The position numbers were made by a program, and so were the translations under genes. This document shows positions 9,552 through 18,605 of a DNA stretch of 64,000 bases, piece by piece. The notes under the pieces were generated by a model. It did not search any database. It was not told where the DNA came from and saw only the letters and a program-made list of their open reading frames with translations. This DNA comes from Gemmatimonadota bacterium (GTDB taxonomy: Bacteria > Gemmatimonadota > Gemmatimonadetes > Gemmatimonadales > GWC2-71-9): assembly GCA_039586365.1 (NCBI GenBank), contig JBDHKN010000003.1, forward strand, positions 38,275 through 102,274, written 5' to 3'. Numbering within the stretch: position 1 is the first letter of the stretch; each line of letters opens with the position of its first letter.

Positions 9552-10451
9552 TCAGGGAAGCGATTCGTTCCTCAGTTGAGCGATGAACCCAGCCTCCATC
9601 CAGTAGACGTCTCCACCAGATGAGTAAAAGAAGTAGCGGCCGTCCGGAGAGACTACCGGACAGTAGTCGGTACGTTCAGTGTTGATGGTCGAGCCGAGGT
9701 TCATCGGCGTGGACCAGGCTCCAGTGGAAAGCCGAAAGCTGATATACAAGTCGCCTTGGCCGAAGCCACCCGGCCGGTCACTGGATACGAAGATGACATA
9801 GTCCTGAGCCGGTGCGACGTACACGTCGCCTTCGGCGTACTCTGAGCTGATCGGCGGTCCGATGTTCATGGCTTCCCGGTATTCCCCGTCCTCGAGACGC
9901 GAGAAGAAGATATCTGACTCGCCAAGTGTGCCTTCTCGGATGGATTGGAAGTAGAGCGTACCGTCCGCCGCTACGGATGGATAGATCTGACGTTCCCCGG
10001 AGTTCACCGCGCCGCCTAAGGGCTGAGCCTGGCCCCAGTCGCTTCCGACCCTGTCCACCACCCATATCTGCCAGCCGGCCTCCGGCTCCTCCGAATGGAG
10101 TGGTCGCCTGGACCCAAAGAAAAGGCGGCTGCCATCGGGTGAGATGAACGGGTCGACCTCGCCGTGGCCGCTGGAGAACGACGCTGGCGCGGGTTCAGTC
10201 CAAACTCCGCCTTCCCATCTCATCACCATTACCGTGGCACCAGCACTGTCCGCAATGGAGAAGTAGAACTCATGACCGTCGGGAGTGAAGATGGAGTTGA
10301 GTTCCCTCTGGTCGGTGGTGACGATACCCGGCGCGAACGGCACCGGTGTCTCACCTGGAGGTTCTTGACCCAAGTAAGGTGTGAAATCTGCTGAGCCGCC
10401 GCACGCAACGGCGAACGATACCAGCCAACAGTGCCTTCTGAGTACTGTCAT
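9552..10451 (-). CDS. PD40/TolB-like beta-propeller lipoprotein (paralogue of 2913-3833)
   Basis: 'AVAC' lipobox; 'YLGQEPPG...FAPG', 'ISPDGSRLFF', 'SSDRPGGFGQGDLYISF', 'VSPDGRYFFYS'. Confidence 0.85.
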   Translation of the reverse strand: MTVLRRHCWLVSFAVACGGSADFTPYLGQEPPGETPVPFAPGIVTTDQRELNSIFTPDGHEFYFSIADSAGATVMVMRWEGGVWTEPAPASFSSGHGEVDPFISPDGSRLFFGSRRPLHSEEPEAGWQIWVVDRVGSDWGQAQPLGGAVNSGERQIYPSVAADGTLYFQSIREGTLGESDIFFSRLEDGEYREAMNIGPPISSEYAEGDVYVAPAQDYVIFVSSDRPGGFGQGDLYISFRLSTGAWSTPMNLGSTINTERTDYCPVVSPDGRYFFYSSGGDVYWMEAGFIAQLRNESLP

Positions 10452-10883
10452 CTCTCGCCTCCCACGGATTGAGTAGCAGACCCGGTCAGCCTGAGGTTGC
10501 AGCGATACGGCGGCTGCCACCAACAGGAATGGCGTGGTTGAGAAAACAATCGTCCACCGAGTCTTTCGTCTAGTCAGGGGTAAAGTTTGGTAGTTTCACT
10601 CCTGGTGAGCCACTGCCTGGCCCACCTACTGCCCAGACCCTAACTTACCCTTGGGGTCACGGGACAGCCTGTCTGTGGCACACCTGCTGGATCGTCTCGA
10701 GCCCGTGTCTGCCGAACGCTCTTTAGTGCGGCGTCGGATTCTCAGGGCTCGCTTCATGAGGTGGAGGTCACAGCCAGCCTCCAACACCTGATACACTGCC
10801 GCCCTGCCTCTCGGGGGACCGCGAGGGGTCTGGTGCGGAGTTTCACTTACCCGGTGCTCGGCCCAATGGGAGGAGTAGACCAG

Positions 10884-12152
10884 ATGCAGTCCGTTCAGTC
10901 CTTTGTTCCCGACGAGTGGCGTGGTGCGGTGAGCGTCCTCACGGCGCCAGTCAGCTGGATCCCTGAATGGCACGCAGCCATGATGAACTTCGCGTGGTTC
11001 GGCGACTCAACACCCGAGGTGCTGTTGAAGCGGGTGGTCATCCTGCTGCCTATGCTGCTGTTGTTGGCCGGCGTGTGGATCACTATGGCTGCGCTGTATA
11101 CGGTCCCGTTCCGGTCCAATCGCGGCAACTTCGCCACAGCGATGCTCACCTCCTGGTGGGACGCGGGCCGTACAACCTGGTTCTACTGGGCGGGACTGGT
11201 GCAGATTGCGGTCGTTCTGGTCGGATGGGCGTGGAGCCTCTTGCGGCTGGCGTTCAGTCTGGCTGCAGCGGCCATCAAGACCACCTTCCAATCCCCGCTG
11301 CGGGTGATGGACTGGACGTCGCGCAACTACTTCAAGCCGGGCGTGCCGTGGGTTGCGTTCTTGGGGCTGTTGCTTTGGTCGGTGGTCGAAGCGCTCATCT
11401 TCATGTACACCCTGCAGCCCACTCTGACTGAGGTACTGGCCGGCATTACCGGGTACGAGCCGGATCCGAGGCTACTGGCACCGCTTCTGTGGATCTTCCT
11501 CTTCTTCCTGGTGCTCGGGAGTTTCGCCTGTATCCACGCCTTGACCCAGGCGTTGCGTGAGAAAGACGTCGCGCTGATCGTCCAGATGTCGTTCGTCGAG
11601 GTGTTCGTCATGTTCTTCGAGGTGATCTTCCTCTACCGCGAACTCATTGATGCCATAACACCATGGATTGCCCAGACGACCAACGAGCAGGTGCAACTCG
11701 GGCTGATCTCGACACTGCTACTGGCTTCGTTCGGTTGGGTAGGTGTGCGCGGGATGACCTGGTTCCTGTTTGGGCGCTACGGTACGCCGGCGCTGGTTGC
11801 GGTGCTGGCGCGGGACACGATCCGTCAGGAGGCTCCGCCGGCAGAAGCTCCGGCCGCTCCGGTGCCTGATCCCTGGAAGGCTTCCATGGCGGCTCTGAAA
11901 GCAGACACCGAGTACTTCAGGAAGGAGGGGCGCAGGGTTTTCGAGCTGATCTCGCTGCCGGTGCTGCAGCTCTTCGCCGCTGCCGTTAACTTCGCTGTGG
12001 TGCTGATCGGATCTCGCCAGATGTTCGCCTTGCCATTCAGGAGCATCGACGAGGTACTGGCCAAGACGCCTAAACTCGCCGGCACCAAGAGCGCCGCTAC
12101 GTCGAGCCGCTCACAGTCGCGGGCTGAGCGCGAGGCGGGAGCGGCATCATGA
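10884..12152 (+). CDS. Uncharacterised multi-pass membrane protein
   Basis: Strong RBS GGGAGGAG before ATG 10884; several hydrophobic segments; ATGA overlap with next gene. Confidence 0.75.
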   Translation: MQSVQSFVPDEWRGAVSVLTAPVSWIPEWHAAMMNFAWFGDSTPEVLLKRVVILLPMLLLLAGVWITMAALYTVPFRSNRGNFATAMLTSWWDAGRTTWFYWAGLVQIAVVLVGWAWSLLRLAFSLAAAAIKTTFQSPLRVMDWTSRNYFKPGVPWVAFLGLLLWSVVEALIFMYTLQPTLTEVLAGITGYEPDPRLLAPLLWIFLFFLVLGSFACIHALTQALREKDVALIVQMSFVEVFVMFFEVIFLYRELIDAITPWIAQTTNEQVQLGLISTLLLASFGWVGVRGMTWFLFGRYGTPALVAVLARDTIRQEAPPAEAPAAPVPDPWKASMAALKADTEYFRKEGRRVFELISLPVLQLFAAAVNFAVVLIGSRQMFALPFRSIDEVLAKTPKLAGTKSAATSSRSQSRAEREAGAAS

Positions 12153-12913
12153 GACGCATCAGACTTGCACCGTTCCTCGCCGCTCTCGTGATGCTAGCCT
12201 TCCTGTCCTGCGTCCGGGCTGAAGGCGGGAGGCAAGCCCGCTCGACTTTGGTCATCGGCATTGATGTCAGTGGATCATTCAGGGCGACCGGGAACTACGA
12301 CAATGCCATCGACTTCACCGCTCATTATCTGTACGGGCACCTGAGGGGTCTGGGTGAGCTGCGGGTGCCGTCGGCAGTGTTCGTGGGCTCCGTGGGTGGG
12401 GCGCGAGTAGGCGAACCTAAGTCGTTTCAGCCGATTCACGCGTTCCAGCAGAAGAGCGTCACGGAGATCGCGACGCAGCTGCGCGAGTTCTTCCCACCAG
12501 AAGATACGTTCACCGATTTCAACACGTTTTTCGAGCGCGTTGCCACACTAGTCAAGCGGCAGGGCCTGGTCTTGGCGCCGCTCGACGTGGTGCTATTGAG
12601 TGACGGAGTCCCCGACGCCACTGGTCGGAGTAGTGAAGCTACCACCGGCGCCTACAATGAGATCGATTTGGCGCCGCTGGAGTATCTGTCGCGCAGCGTC
12701 ACCGTTCGCTTGCTGTACGGCTCGCCGACCGCATCAGTAGCCTGGGAGCGGGAGATAAAGCGACAGCGGGTGCGTATGTGGACCGTGGACGATCAGGTGA
12801 TGGCCGGGTGGGCCAACCAGGTGCAGCCCGGACGCGATGTGGATGCTCAGGATGATCTCTGGGCGTGGATCAACGACAACGTCGACTTTCGAGTACGGAG
12901 TAGACGGCTGTAG
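12149..12913 (+). CDS. Exported VWA-domain protein (probable lipoprotein)
   Basis: Signal ending 'FLSC'; MIDAS-type 'IGIDVSGSF', downstream 'TDF' and 'VVLLSDG'. Confidence 0.75.
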   Translation: MRRIRLAPFLAALVMLAFLSCVRAEGGRQARSTLVIGIDVSGSFRATGNYDNAIDFTAHYLYGHLRGLGELRVPSAVFVGSVGGARVGEPKSFQPIHAFQQKSVTEIATQLREFFPPEDTFTDFNTFFERVATLVKRQGLVLAPLDVVLLSDGVPDATGRSSEATTGAYNEIDLAPLEYLSRSVTVRLLYGSPTASVAWEREIKRQRVRMWTVDDQVMAGWANQVQPGRDVDAQDDLWAWINDNVDFRVRSRRL

Positions 12914-12979
12914 GATTCTGGTTGGAGAGCGTGTGAGGATCTTCTTCCACACTTCTCTGGGTAAGACTCCAGGTTCCAA

Positions 12980-14572
12980 ATGACGTATCGACACCTCCGC
13001 AAAACCGCGCTTGTCGCGAGTAGCATCCTTGGACTTGGGCTCGCTGCGGGAGCTGCACCTGCTACGGCTACGCAGCAGGCGCAACTGCTCGACCCGGTCT
13101 CTTACACCGTGACCATCGCTTCACCCGCAACACACCTCGTGCAGGTGGAAGCGCTGATCCGTACGGAGGGGCGCGGTTCCGTGGAGCTGGTGATGCCCGT
13201 GTGGTCCCCAGGCTTCTACCGGGTCGAGGACTACGCCGCGCATGTAGAGGGATTGGCGGCGCGCTCACCTGATGGAACGGAGCTGGCCGTTGAGCGTCTC
13301 CGGCCCAATCGGTGGATTGTGCACGCTGGCAGCCGGTCCATTGTGGCGGTGTCGTACGCGGTGGTGTGCGAGCAGCGATCAGTCACCACGAATTGGGTGG
13401 GCGACAGCCTGGCGGTCCTCAATGGTGCAGCGATGTTCGTTACTCTGGTCGAGCCAACGCAGCGCCCCCACGACGTGCGCCTGGTCCTGCCCGCAGGGTG
13501 GACGGCGATGACGGCGCTAGACTCAGTCCCCGACCAGCGACCGTTCCACTACCGCGCGCCCGATTACGACGTGCTCGTCGACTCACCGATCCTGGCCGGT
13601 GTGCTGTCGGTTCATCAGTTCGACGTGGACGGCAGGACACACTACCTCGTGGACGCCGGGGATCACCACGAGTGGGATGGCGCGCGCGCGGCGCAGGACC
13701 TCGCTCGCATTGTAGCTGCCCACCGCCGCATGTGGGGCTTCCTACCGTACGAGCGGTATTACTTCCTGAACGTGTTTCGCAGCGGTGGGGGCGGTCTCGA
13801 GCACGCCAATTCGACGCTGCTCACGACGAACGCTACGCGGGTGGCGACGCCGGCGGGCTATCGCTCGTGGCTGGAGTTCGTGAGCCATGAGTACTTTCAC
13901 GCCTTCAACGTCAAGCGGCTGCGTCCAGTGGAACTCGGCCCGTTTGATTACGAGCAGCCGCCGCGAACCACCAGTCTGTGGATGGCCGAGGGGTTCACAT
14001 CGTACTACGGCGACCTCGCGCTTCCGCGCGCGGGAATCGGTGACATCGACGCCTATCTCATTTCTCTATCAGCTGCGATCCGGCAGCTTCAGGGTCAACC
14101 GGGCCGCCACGTGCAAACGGTGGAGCAGTCATCTCGCGAGGTGTGGAACAACAGCTTCTCCGGTATCAACCCCGACTCGATGACCGTGAGCTACTATGTC
14201 AAGGGCCAGATCATCGGTTTTTTGCTCGACGCCCGTGTGCGGCACGCGACCGATGGCAGCAAGAGCCTAGATGACGTAATGCGGCTCGCGTATAGCCGCT
14301 ATTCCGGACCACGTGGCTTCACGCCCGAGCAGTTCAGGGAGACAGCGGCGGAGGTGGCGGGAACTGACCTCAGCGAGTGGTTCCGGCGTGCAATCGCGTC
14401 TACCGAGGAGCTGGACTATTCCGAGGCGCTCGACTGGTTCGGCTTGCGGTTCACCGCTGACGAGGATGCGGTGACACAGTGGACGTTGGAGGTGCGACCG
14501 GCTGCGTCGGAGGCCCAGCTACGGAATCTAAGCGACTGGCTCAGAGGTGAGGGTAATCCCGGTCTTGAGTGA
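12980..14572 (+). CDS. M61 family glycyl aminopeptidase (no evident C-terminal PDZ domain)
   Basis: Signal peptide; 'MPVWSPGFY', 'GGGLEHANST', zinc motif 'HEYFHAFNVKRLRP', 'LWMAEGFTSYY', 'SYYVKG'. Confidence 0.92.
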   Translation: MTYRHLRKTALVASSILGLGLAAGAAPATATQQAQLLDPVSYTVTIASPATHLVQVEALIRTEGRGSVELVMPVWSPGFYRVEDYAAHVEGLAARSPDGTELAVERLRPNRWIVHAGSRSIVAVSYAVVCEQRSVTTNWVGDSLAVLNGAAMFVTLVEPTQRPHDVRLVLPAGWTAMTALDSVPDQRPFHYRAPDYDVLVDSPILAGVLSVHQFDVDGRTHYLVDAGDHHEWDGARAAQDLARIVAAHRRMWGFLPYERYYFLNVFRSGGGGLEHANSTLLTTNATRVATPAGYRSWLEFVSHEYFHAFNVKRLRPVELGPFDYEQPPRTTSLWMAEGFTSYYGDLALPRAGIGDIDAYLISLSAAIRQLQGQPGRHVQTVEQSSREVWNNSFSGINPDSMTVSYYVKGQIIGFLLDARVRHATDGSKSLDDVMRLAYSRYSGPRGFTPEQFRETAAEVAGTDLSEWFRRAIASTEELDYSEALDWFGLRFTADEDAVTQWTLEVRPAASEAQLRNLSDWLRGEGNPGLE

Positions 14573-14617
14573 GATAAAGCCATCTAGATCGTAGCCCGGC
14601 GAGCGGCGTCCCTGCCA

Positions 14618-14722
14618 GAACTCCGCGAGTTACCGACCAGTGCCGTAACCACCCGCTATGACAACGGACTGAAACACTAAACCGGCAAGGAAATACCTCT
14701 TGAACCGAGAGGCCTGGGACAT
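14618..14722 (-). pseudogene. 5' remnant of a YkvI-like membrane protein gene with an in-frame stop
   Basis: Reads MSQASRFKRYFLAGLVFQSVVIAGGYGTGR*LAEF; TAA at 14632-14630 sits where the family motif GGYxTGRELxEF has Glu (GAA). Confidence 0.7.
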
Positions 14723-15013
14723 GTCTCTGGGTCCGCTATGTCGCTGGATGAATTGACGCCAATTGTCGCCCGCGACCCTGACGCTGTCCGGAGTGTGCCG
14801 GAACTGCGCCGTGCTGCAAATCCAACGGCCGGCGTCGACTCGACTGGCTTGTCTCTGATCTAGACCGCATGTTTGGCGTTGATCTTCCGCGGCCTCGGAC
14901 TTTCGCATATGAACGCGGATCGGCGGCTGACGCGGGATAGCTGGCGTGACCAATCAGCCGGTATCTCGGCAACGACAACCCGGAGTGCTTGGCAACAGCG
15001 CAGCAGATCACGC

Positions 15014-16375
15014 ATGAGTGAGCGGGAGCAAGTTCAAGAGTATCCCCTGGCAGAGGCGGTTCCGCCCGAGAGACTCCAGGCTGAGACTGCCGAACTGGCA
15101 CGGCTCCAACAGGCCTCGGTGTGGACGAGGGCGTGGGGATATCTCAAGCTGGGTGGCCCCGGCTACCTGGATGCAGCGACGACACTGGGTGCGGGTACAC
15201 TTACCGCAGCAATGCTGTCGGGTGCAGCCTTCGGCTACAAGACCATGTGGGTGCTGTGGGTGTCGATGGGATTGGGCATGTTCATGATGGCAGCGTGTGC
15301 GCGGTTTACCTGTCGTGGTGGCTTCCGCGTCATCGTGGAGCAGAATCGGTATCATGGCGTGATCGTGGGGTCGCTGATGACCGGTTTGATCGGTACAGCG
15401 GCTGTGGCAGTCATCTTCAACTACGGCCAGTACAGCATCGGCACTCATTTGATCGAGTCCCTCGCTCCGATGCTGGGGTTCGATTTCCCGCGCCAGATCA
15501 ACTGGGTGCTTTTCATGGCTGTAACGAGCTATTTGACCTTGAGCTACGGACGAGGAAGCCGGGGCATCACCGTCGTCGAGAGCTTCATGAAGCTCGCCAT
15601 AGCCACGATGTTGATCTGTTTCGGAATCTGCCTGGCCCTGGTAGGTGTGGATTGGGTGGGGCTGGTGCGCGGGATATTCGTCCCCTGGCTTCCTTCCGGC
15701 GTTGAAGGCGTCGACCTTTTTGTCGCGTCTTCTGCGGCTGCCATCGGAGTGATGGACTGGATTCTGTTTCAATACGCGGGACTGGCTCGCGGTTGGGGAC
15801 GGAAGCACGAGACACTGGCCCGGTTCGACATTGTGTTTGGACTGTTCCTGCCGTTCGTTCTCGTCAACTACCTGGTGATAGCTGTGTTTGCTGGCACTCT
15901 ACACAAAGTGGGGCTCTCGCCGGAGACAGCACCGGAACTCGCGAGGGCGCTCGCACCGCTGCTCGGCCCCACTTGGTCACAGGCTCTGTTCTATGTCGCT
16001 TTCCTCGCCGTACCGGTTACCACTACTGTCGGGATGAGTATCGCAGCCGCGATCGCGATCCATGAAGCGTTGGGTTGGAAGCCCGACACCCGCTCCTTGC
16101 GTTGGAAGGTGAGTGCATTGCTGCCGCAAGTCGGGTTTCTGGCGGTGTGGTACCCTCGACCGATATGGTTGGTAGTGGCCATCGCTGCGTTCTTGTCTCT
16201 GTCAAACAATATTGTCGGCTGGTCATTCTACCTGTTGCTCAACGACCGCCGCGTGCTGGGTGAAGATCGGAGCAAGTCCTACGTGTGGAACCTCGGCACC
16301 ATGCTCCTGCTCACTCTGCTCAACTGTGTAGCCATCATATACGTCTTCAACCGCCTAGGTTGGTGGGTCAGATGA
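15014..16375 (+). CDS. NRAMP-superfamily (APC-fold) transporter, non-canonical
   Basis: 'LGGPGYLDAATTLGAGT...SGAAFGY..MWV', about 11 TM segments, 'LLNDRRVLGE'. Confidence 0.75.
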   Translation: MSEREQVQEYPLAEAVPPERLQAETAELARLQQASVWTRAWGYLKLGGPGYLDAATTLGAGTLTAAMLSGAAFGYKTMWVLWVSMGLGMFMMAACARFTCRGGFRVIVEQNRYHGVIVGSLMTGLIGTAAVAVIFNYGQYSIGTHLIESLAPMLGFDFPRQINWVLFMAVTSYLTLSYGRGSRGITVVESFMKLAIATMLICFGICLALVGVDWVGLVRGIFVPWLPSGVEGVDLFVASSAAAIGVMDWILFQYAGLARGWGRKHETLARFDIVFGLFLPFVLVNYLVIAVFAGTLHKVGLSPETAPELARALAPLLGPTWSQALFYVAFLAVPVTTTVGMSIAAAIAIHEALGWKPDTRSLRWKVSALLPQVGFLAVWYPRPIWLVVAIAAFLSLSNNIVGWSFYLLLNDRRVLGEDRSKSYVWNLGTMLLLTLLNCVAIIYVFNRLGWWVR

Positions 16376-16566
16376 TCAATTTGGACCATCGCTACGGACC
16401 GTGGTCGGGCCGGGTGTGGGGCCTCATTGTGAACCTTGCTGCTAACGCGCTCGCGCTGTACGGTCTGGCGGGCTACCTTCGCGACGGTGGCCGTCTACTA
16501 CATCTCGTCATCGGCCTCGCGGTCACGGTCGGTTGCATCCTCCTCCTCGCGAGACCGAGCCAATAG
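16372..16566 (+). CDS. Small (64 aa) two-TM membrane protein
   Basis: ATGA overlap with the upstream stop; MINLDHRYGPWSGRVWGLIVNLAANALALYG...LLLARPSQ. Confidence 0.65.
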   Translation: MINLDHRYGPWSGRVWGLIVNLAANALALYGLAGYLRDGGRLLHLVIGLAVTVGCILLLARPSQ

Positions 16567-16583
16567 CTGTCCCGGAGACGACA

Positions 16584-17456
16584 ATGGGCTCCAAGACAAA
16601 ACTGCAGTACGCATTCACGGAGTACTCGAGCAACGACCTCATGGAATTGGAGCCTGAGGTGCTCGGGGGCATCCTGCGCGAGCGAGTGCATCATATGATC
16701 GAAGTACCCCTCTACCCGACACTGCTCAGATGGAAGGGTAGATCGATCCCCAACTTTGGTGAGCAAGCTCAGTTGGTGTTCGACGTGTGGAGGGAGCGGG
16801 GATTATCCGACGACACACCCGACATGGATTGGGTGAAGCTTCACCTGTCCATCGCCGAAAAGATCCGGGCCGGGGAGAAACCTGAGATTGACGAGCCACT
16901 TCCGGAACCGTTTAGCGAAGATGAAATGAAGGTGGTTCGCAAATTGATCTGGCAAAGGCGATCGATTCGAGATTGGATCGACAAGCCCATACCGGAGGAG
17001 CTGATCGAGCAAATCTTGGAGGCTGGCAGAGCAGCGCCCATCGGCTGCAACCTGGGTCATCTTCGTTTCGTGGTACTGACGGATCCGGCAGAGAAGGCGC
17101 TGCTCTGGAGCGACATCTCGACCAAGAACGCAGCAGCCATCATCGTGATCTGTCACGACAACCGGGTGGCTCCGGCCGTGTGTCAGGATCAGCTGGTGCC
17201 GCAGAACCCGGGATTCGATGCCGCTGCGGCGGCTGACCACATGTTGCTCATGGCACACGCTCTTGGGTTGGGAGGGGTTTGGTTGTCTGAGTTGAAGCAG
17301 ACGAGCAAGACGGCTGACACCGGAGAGGAATTCAAGCAGAGATATGGACTTCCCGACTATCTCGAGGTCGACGTTCACATTGCCGTGGGTTGGGCCGCAA
17401 TTGGTAGCATCAAAGCGGCCAGACCGCCGCTCGAGGAAATGGTGATCCGCCGCTGA
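16584..17456 (+). CDS. Nitroreductase family protein with N-terminal extension
   Basis: 'RRSIRDW...IPEELIEQILEAGRAAP', 'MLLMAHALGLGGVW'. Confidence 0.88.
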   Translation: MGSKTKLQYAFTEYSSNDLMELEPEVLGGILRERVHHMIEVPLYPTLLRWKGRSIPNFGEQAQLVFDVWRERGLSDDTPDMDWVKLHLSIAEKIRAGEKPEIDEPLPEPFSEDEMKVVRKLIWQRRSIRDWIDKPIPEELIEQILEAGRAAPIGCNLGHLRFVVLTDPAEKALLWSDISTKNAAAIIVICHDNRVAPAVCQDQLVPQNPGFDAAAAADHMLLMAHALGLGGVWLSELKQTSKTADTGEEFKQRYGLPDYLEVDVHIAVGWAAIGSIKAARPPLEEMVIRR

Positions 17457-17465
17457 GGGAGAACA

Positions 17466-18017
17466 ATGAACTCACAATTTATCCCTATCGAAGAGGCCAA
17501 ACAGCAGGTAGCTCTCGCCTGCCGGCGACTAGGGTTACTCCATCTCGCCTTCGCAGAGGTCCTAGTTGCCCAGCTGGGTGCCGCTGAAGGCAGGAGAATG
17601 GTGGCCCGGGCCATAAAGGAATACAGCCGTTTGATCGGCGAAAAGAAGAAGGAGCTGGCGGGAGAGAAGCTACTGGACCTCAGTCAGGATAGCTTCTTGG
17701 AGCTCTCGGACCTCCCCAGTTTTGGCATGCATGACGGCATCGAGCAGGTGGAAGTCGCCGGTGAAAAGAGGATCAGGGCTCACGGTTGCGTGATGGGTGA
17801 GGTGTGGAACGAATACGGTGGGGGTGAGCTGGGACGCTTCTACTGCCTGGTCGATCCAGCCAGCTCCATGGCATTCAATCCCGAATTCAAGTTGATTCAC
17901 ACAAAGTCACTACCGGACGGCGACCCCTACTGTGAGTTGGTCATGAGACCGACCACTGAGCAAGACAGAAGGGAGTTTGCCTCCGACGATACCGACTGGG
18001 ACATCATAGAAGGGTAG
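17466..18017 (+). CDS. L-2-amino-thiazoline-4-carboxylic acid hydrolase (ATC_hydrolase)-like protein
   Basis: RBS GGGAGA; three-Cys pattern 'GCVMGEVW...LGRFYCLVDPA...FNPEFKL...GDPYCE'. Confidence 0.78.
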   Translation: MNSQFIPIEEAKQQVALACRRLGLLHLAFAEVLVAQLGAAEGRRMVARAIKEYSRLIGEKKKELAGEKLLDLSQDSFLELSDLPSFGMHDGIEQVEVAGEKRIRAHGCVMGEVWNEYGGGELGRFYCLVDPASSMAFNPEFKLIHTKSLPDGDPYCELVMRPTTEQDRREFASDDTDWDIIEG

Positions 18018-18145
18018 TGCAGTAGCTCTGAAGCCGGTCGGGTAGCGTCCTACACGAAGTTGCGGGTCGGGTCGATTGCTCAACTGGCACACAGCTGAGG
18101 TGCACGCACATTGCCGCGTTGGTTTGTTGCATGAGGAGGCTGCAT

Positions 18146-18562
18146 ATGACGAAGCCAAAGACTACTCCAACCGCAGCCAGCGTAGAGGCTTTCCTGAATG
18201 CGATAGCCGATGATGCGAGACGCCATGATTGTCTCGCCATCCTGGAGATCATGAAGCGGGCAACTGCTGCCGAGCCAAAGATGTGGGGTCCCAGTATCGT
18301 CGGGTTTGGCAGTTATCACTACAAGTATGAGAGTGGTCGTGAAGGCGATTGGTTCCTGACCGGTTTCTCTCCTCGCAAGACGGACTTGACTCTCTACATA
18401 ATGGCTGGTTTCAAACGCTATGATGTTCTGATGGACAAGCTGGGGAAGTACAAGACGGGCAAGTCCTGCTTGTACATCAAGCGACTGTCCGACATTGATG
18501 TTGAGGTGCTCACCAATCTCATCCAGCAGTCTGTCGCTCACATGCGACGCGTCCATCAGTAG
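18146..18562 (+). CDS. DUF1801 domain protein
   Basis: RBS GAGGAGG; 'PKMWGPSIVGFGSYHYKYESGREGDW...GFSPRK', 'GKSCLYIKRL'. Confidence 0.9.
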   Translation: MTKPKTTPTAASVEAFLNAIADDARRHDCLAILEIMKRATAAEPKMWGPSIVGFGSYHYKYESGREGDWFLTGFSPRKTDLTLYIMAGFKRYDVLMDKLGKYKTGKSCLYIKRLSDIDVEVLTNLIQQSVAHMRRVHQ

Positions 18563-18605
18563 GCAGTGGCACTGGCAGCAAGCATCAAATGAAGGAGCCA
18601 AGATA

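Noticed and set aside
10676..10692. Possible sigma-54 promoter (TGGCAC...)
   Set aside because: The -12 position reads CTGG, not TTGC; the required GC is absent at the correct spacing.
14630..14632. Stop-codon recoding in the YkvI-like fragment
   Set aside because: The codon is TAA (not the Sec TGA or Pyl TAG), TAA terminates normal genes in this window, and similarity ends four codons later.
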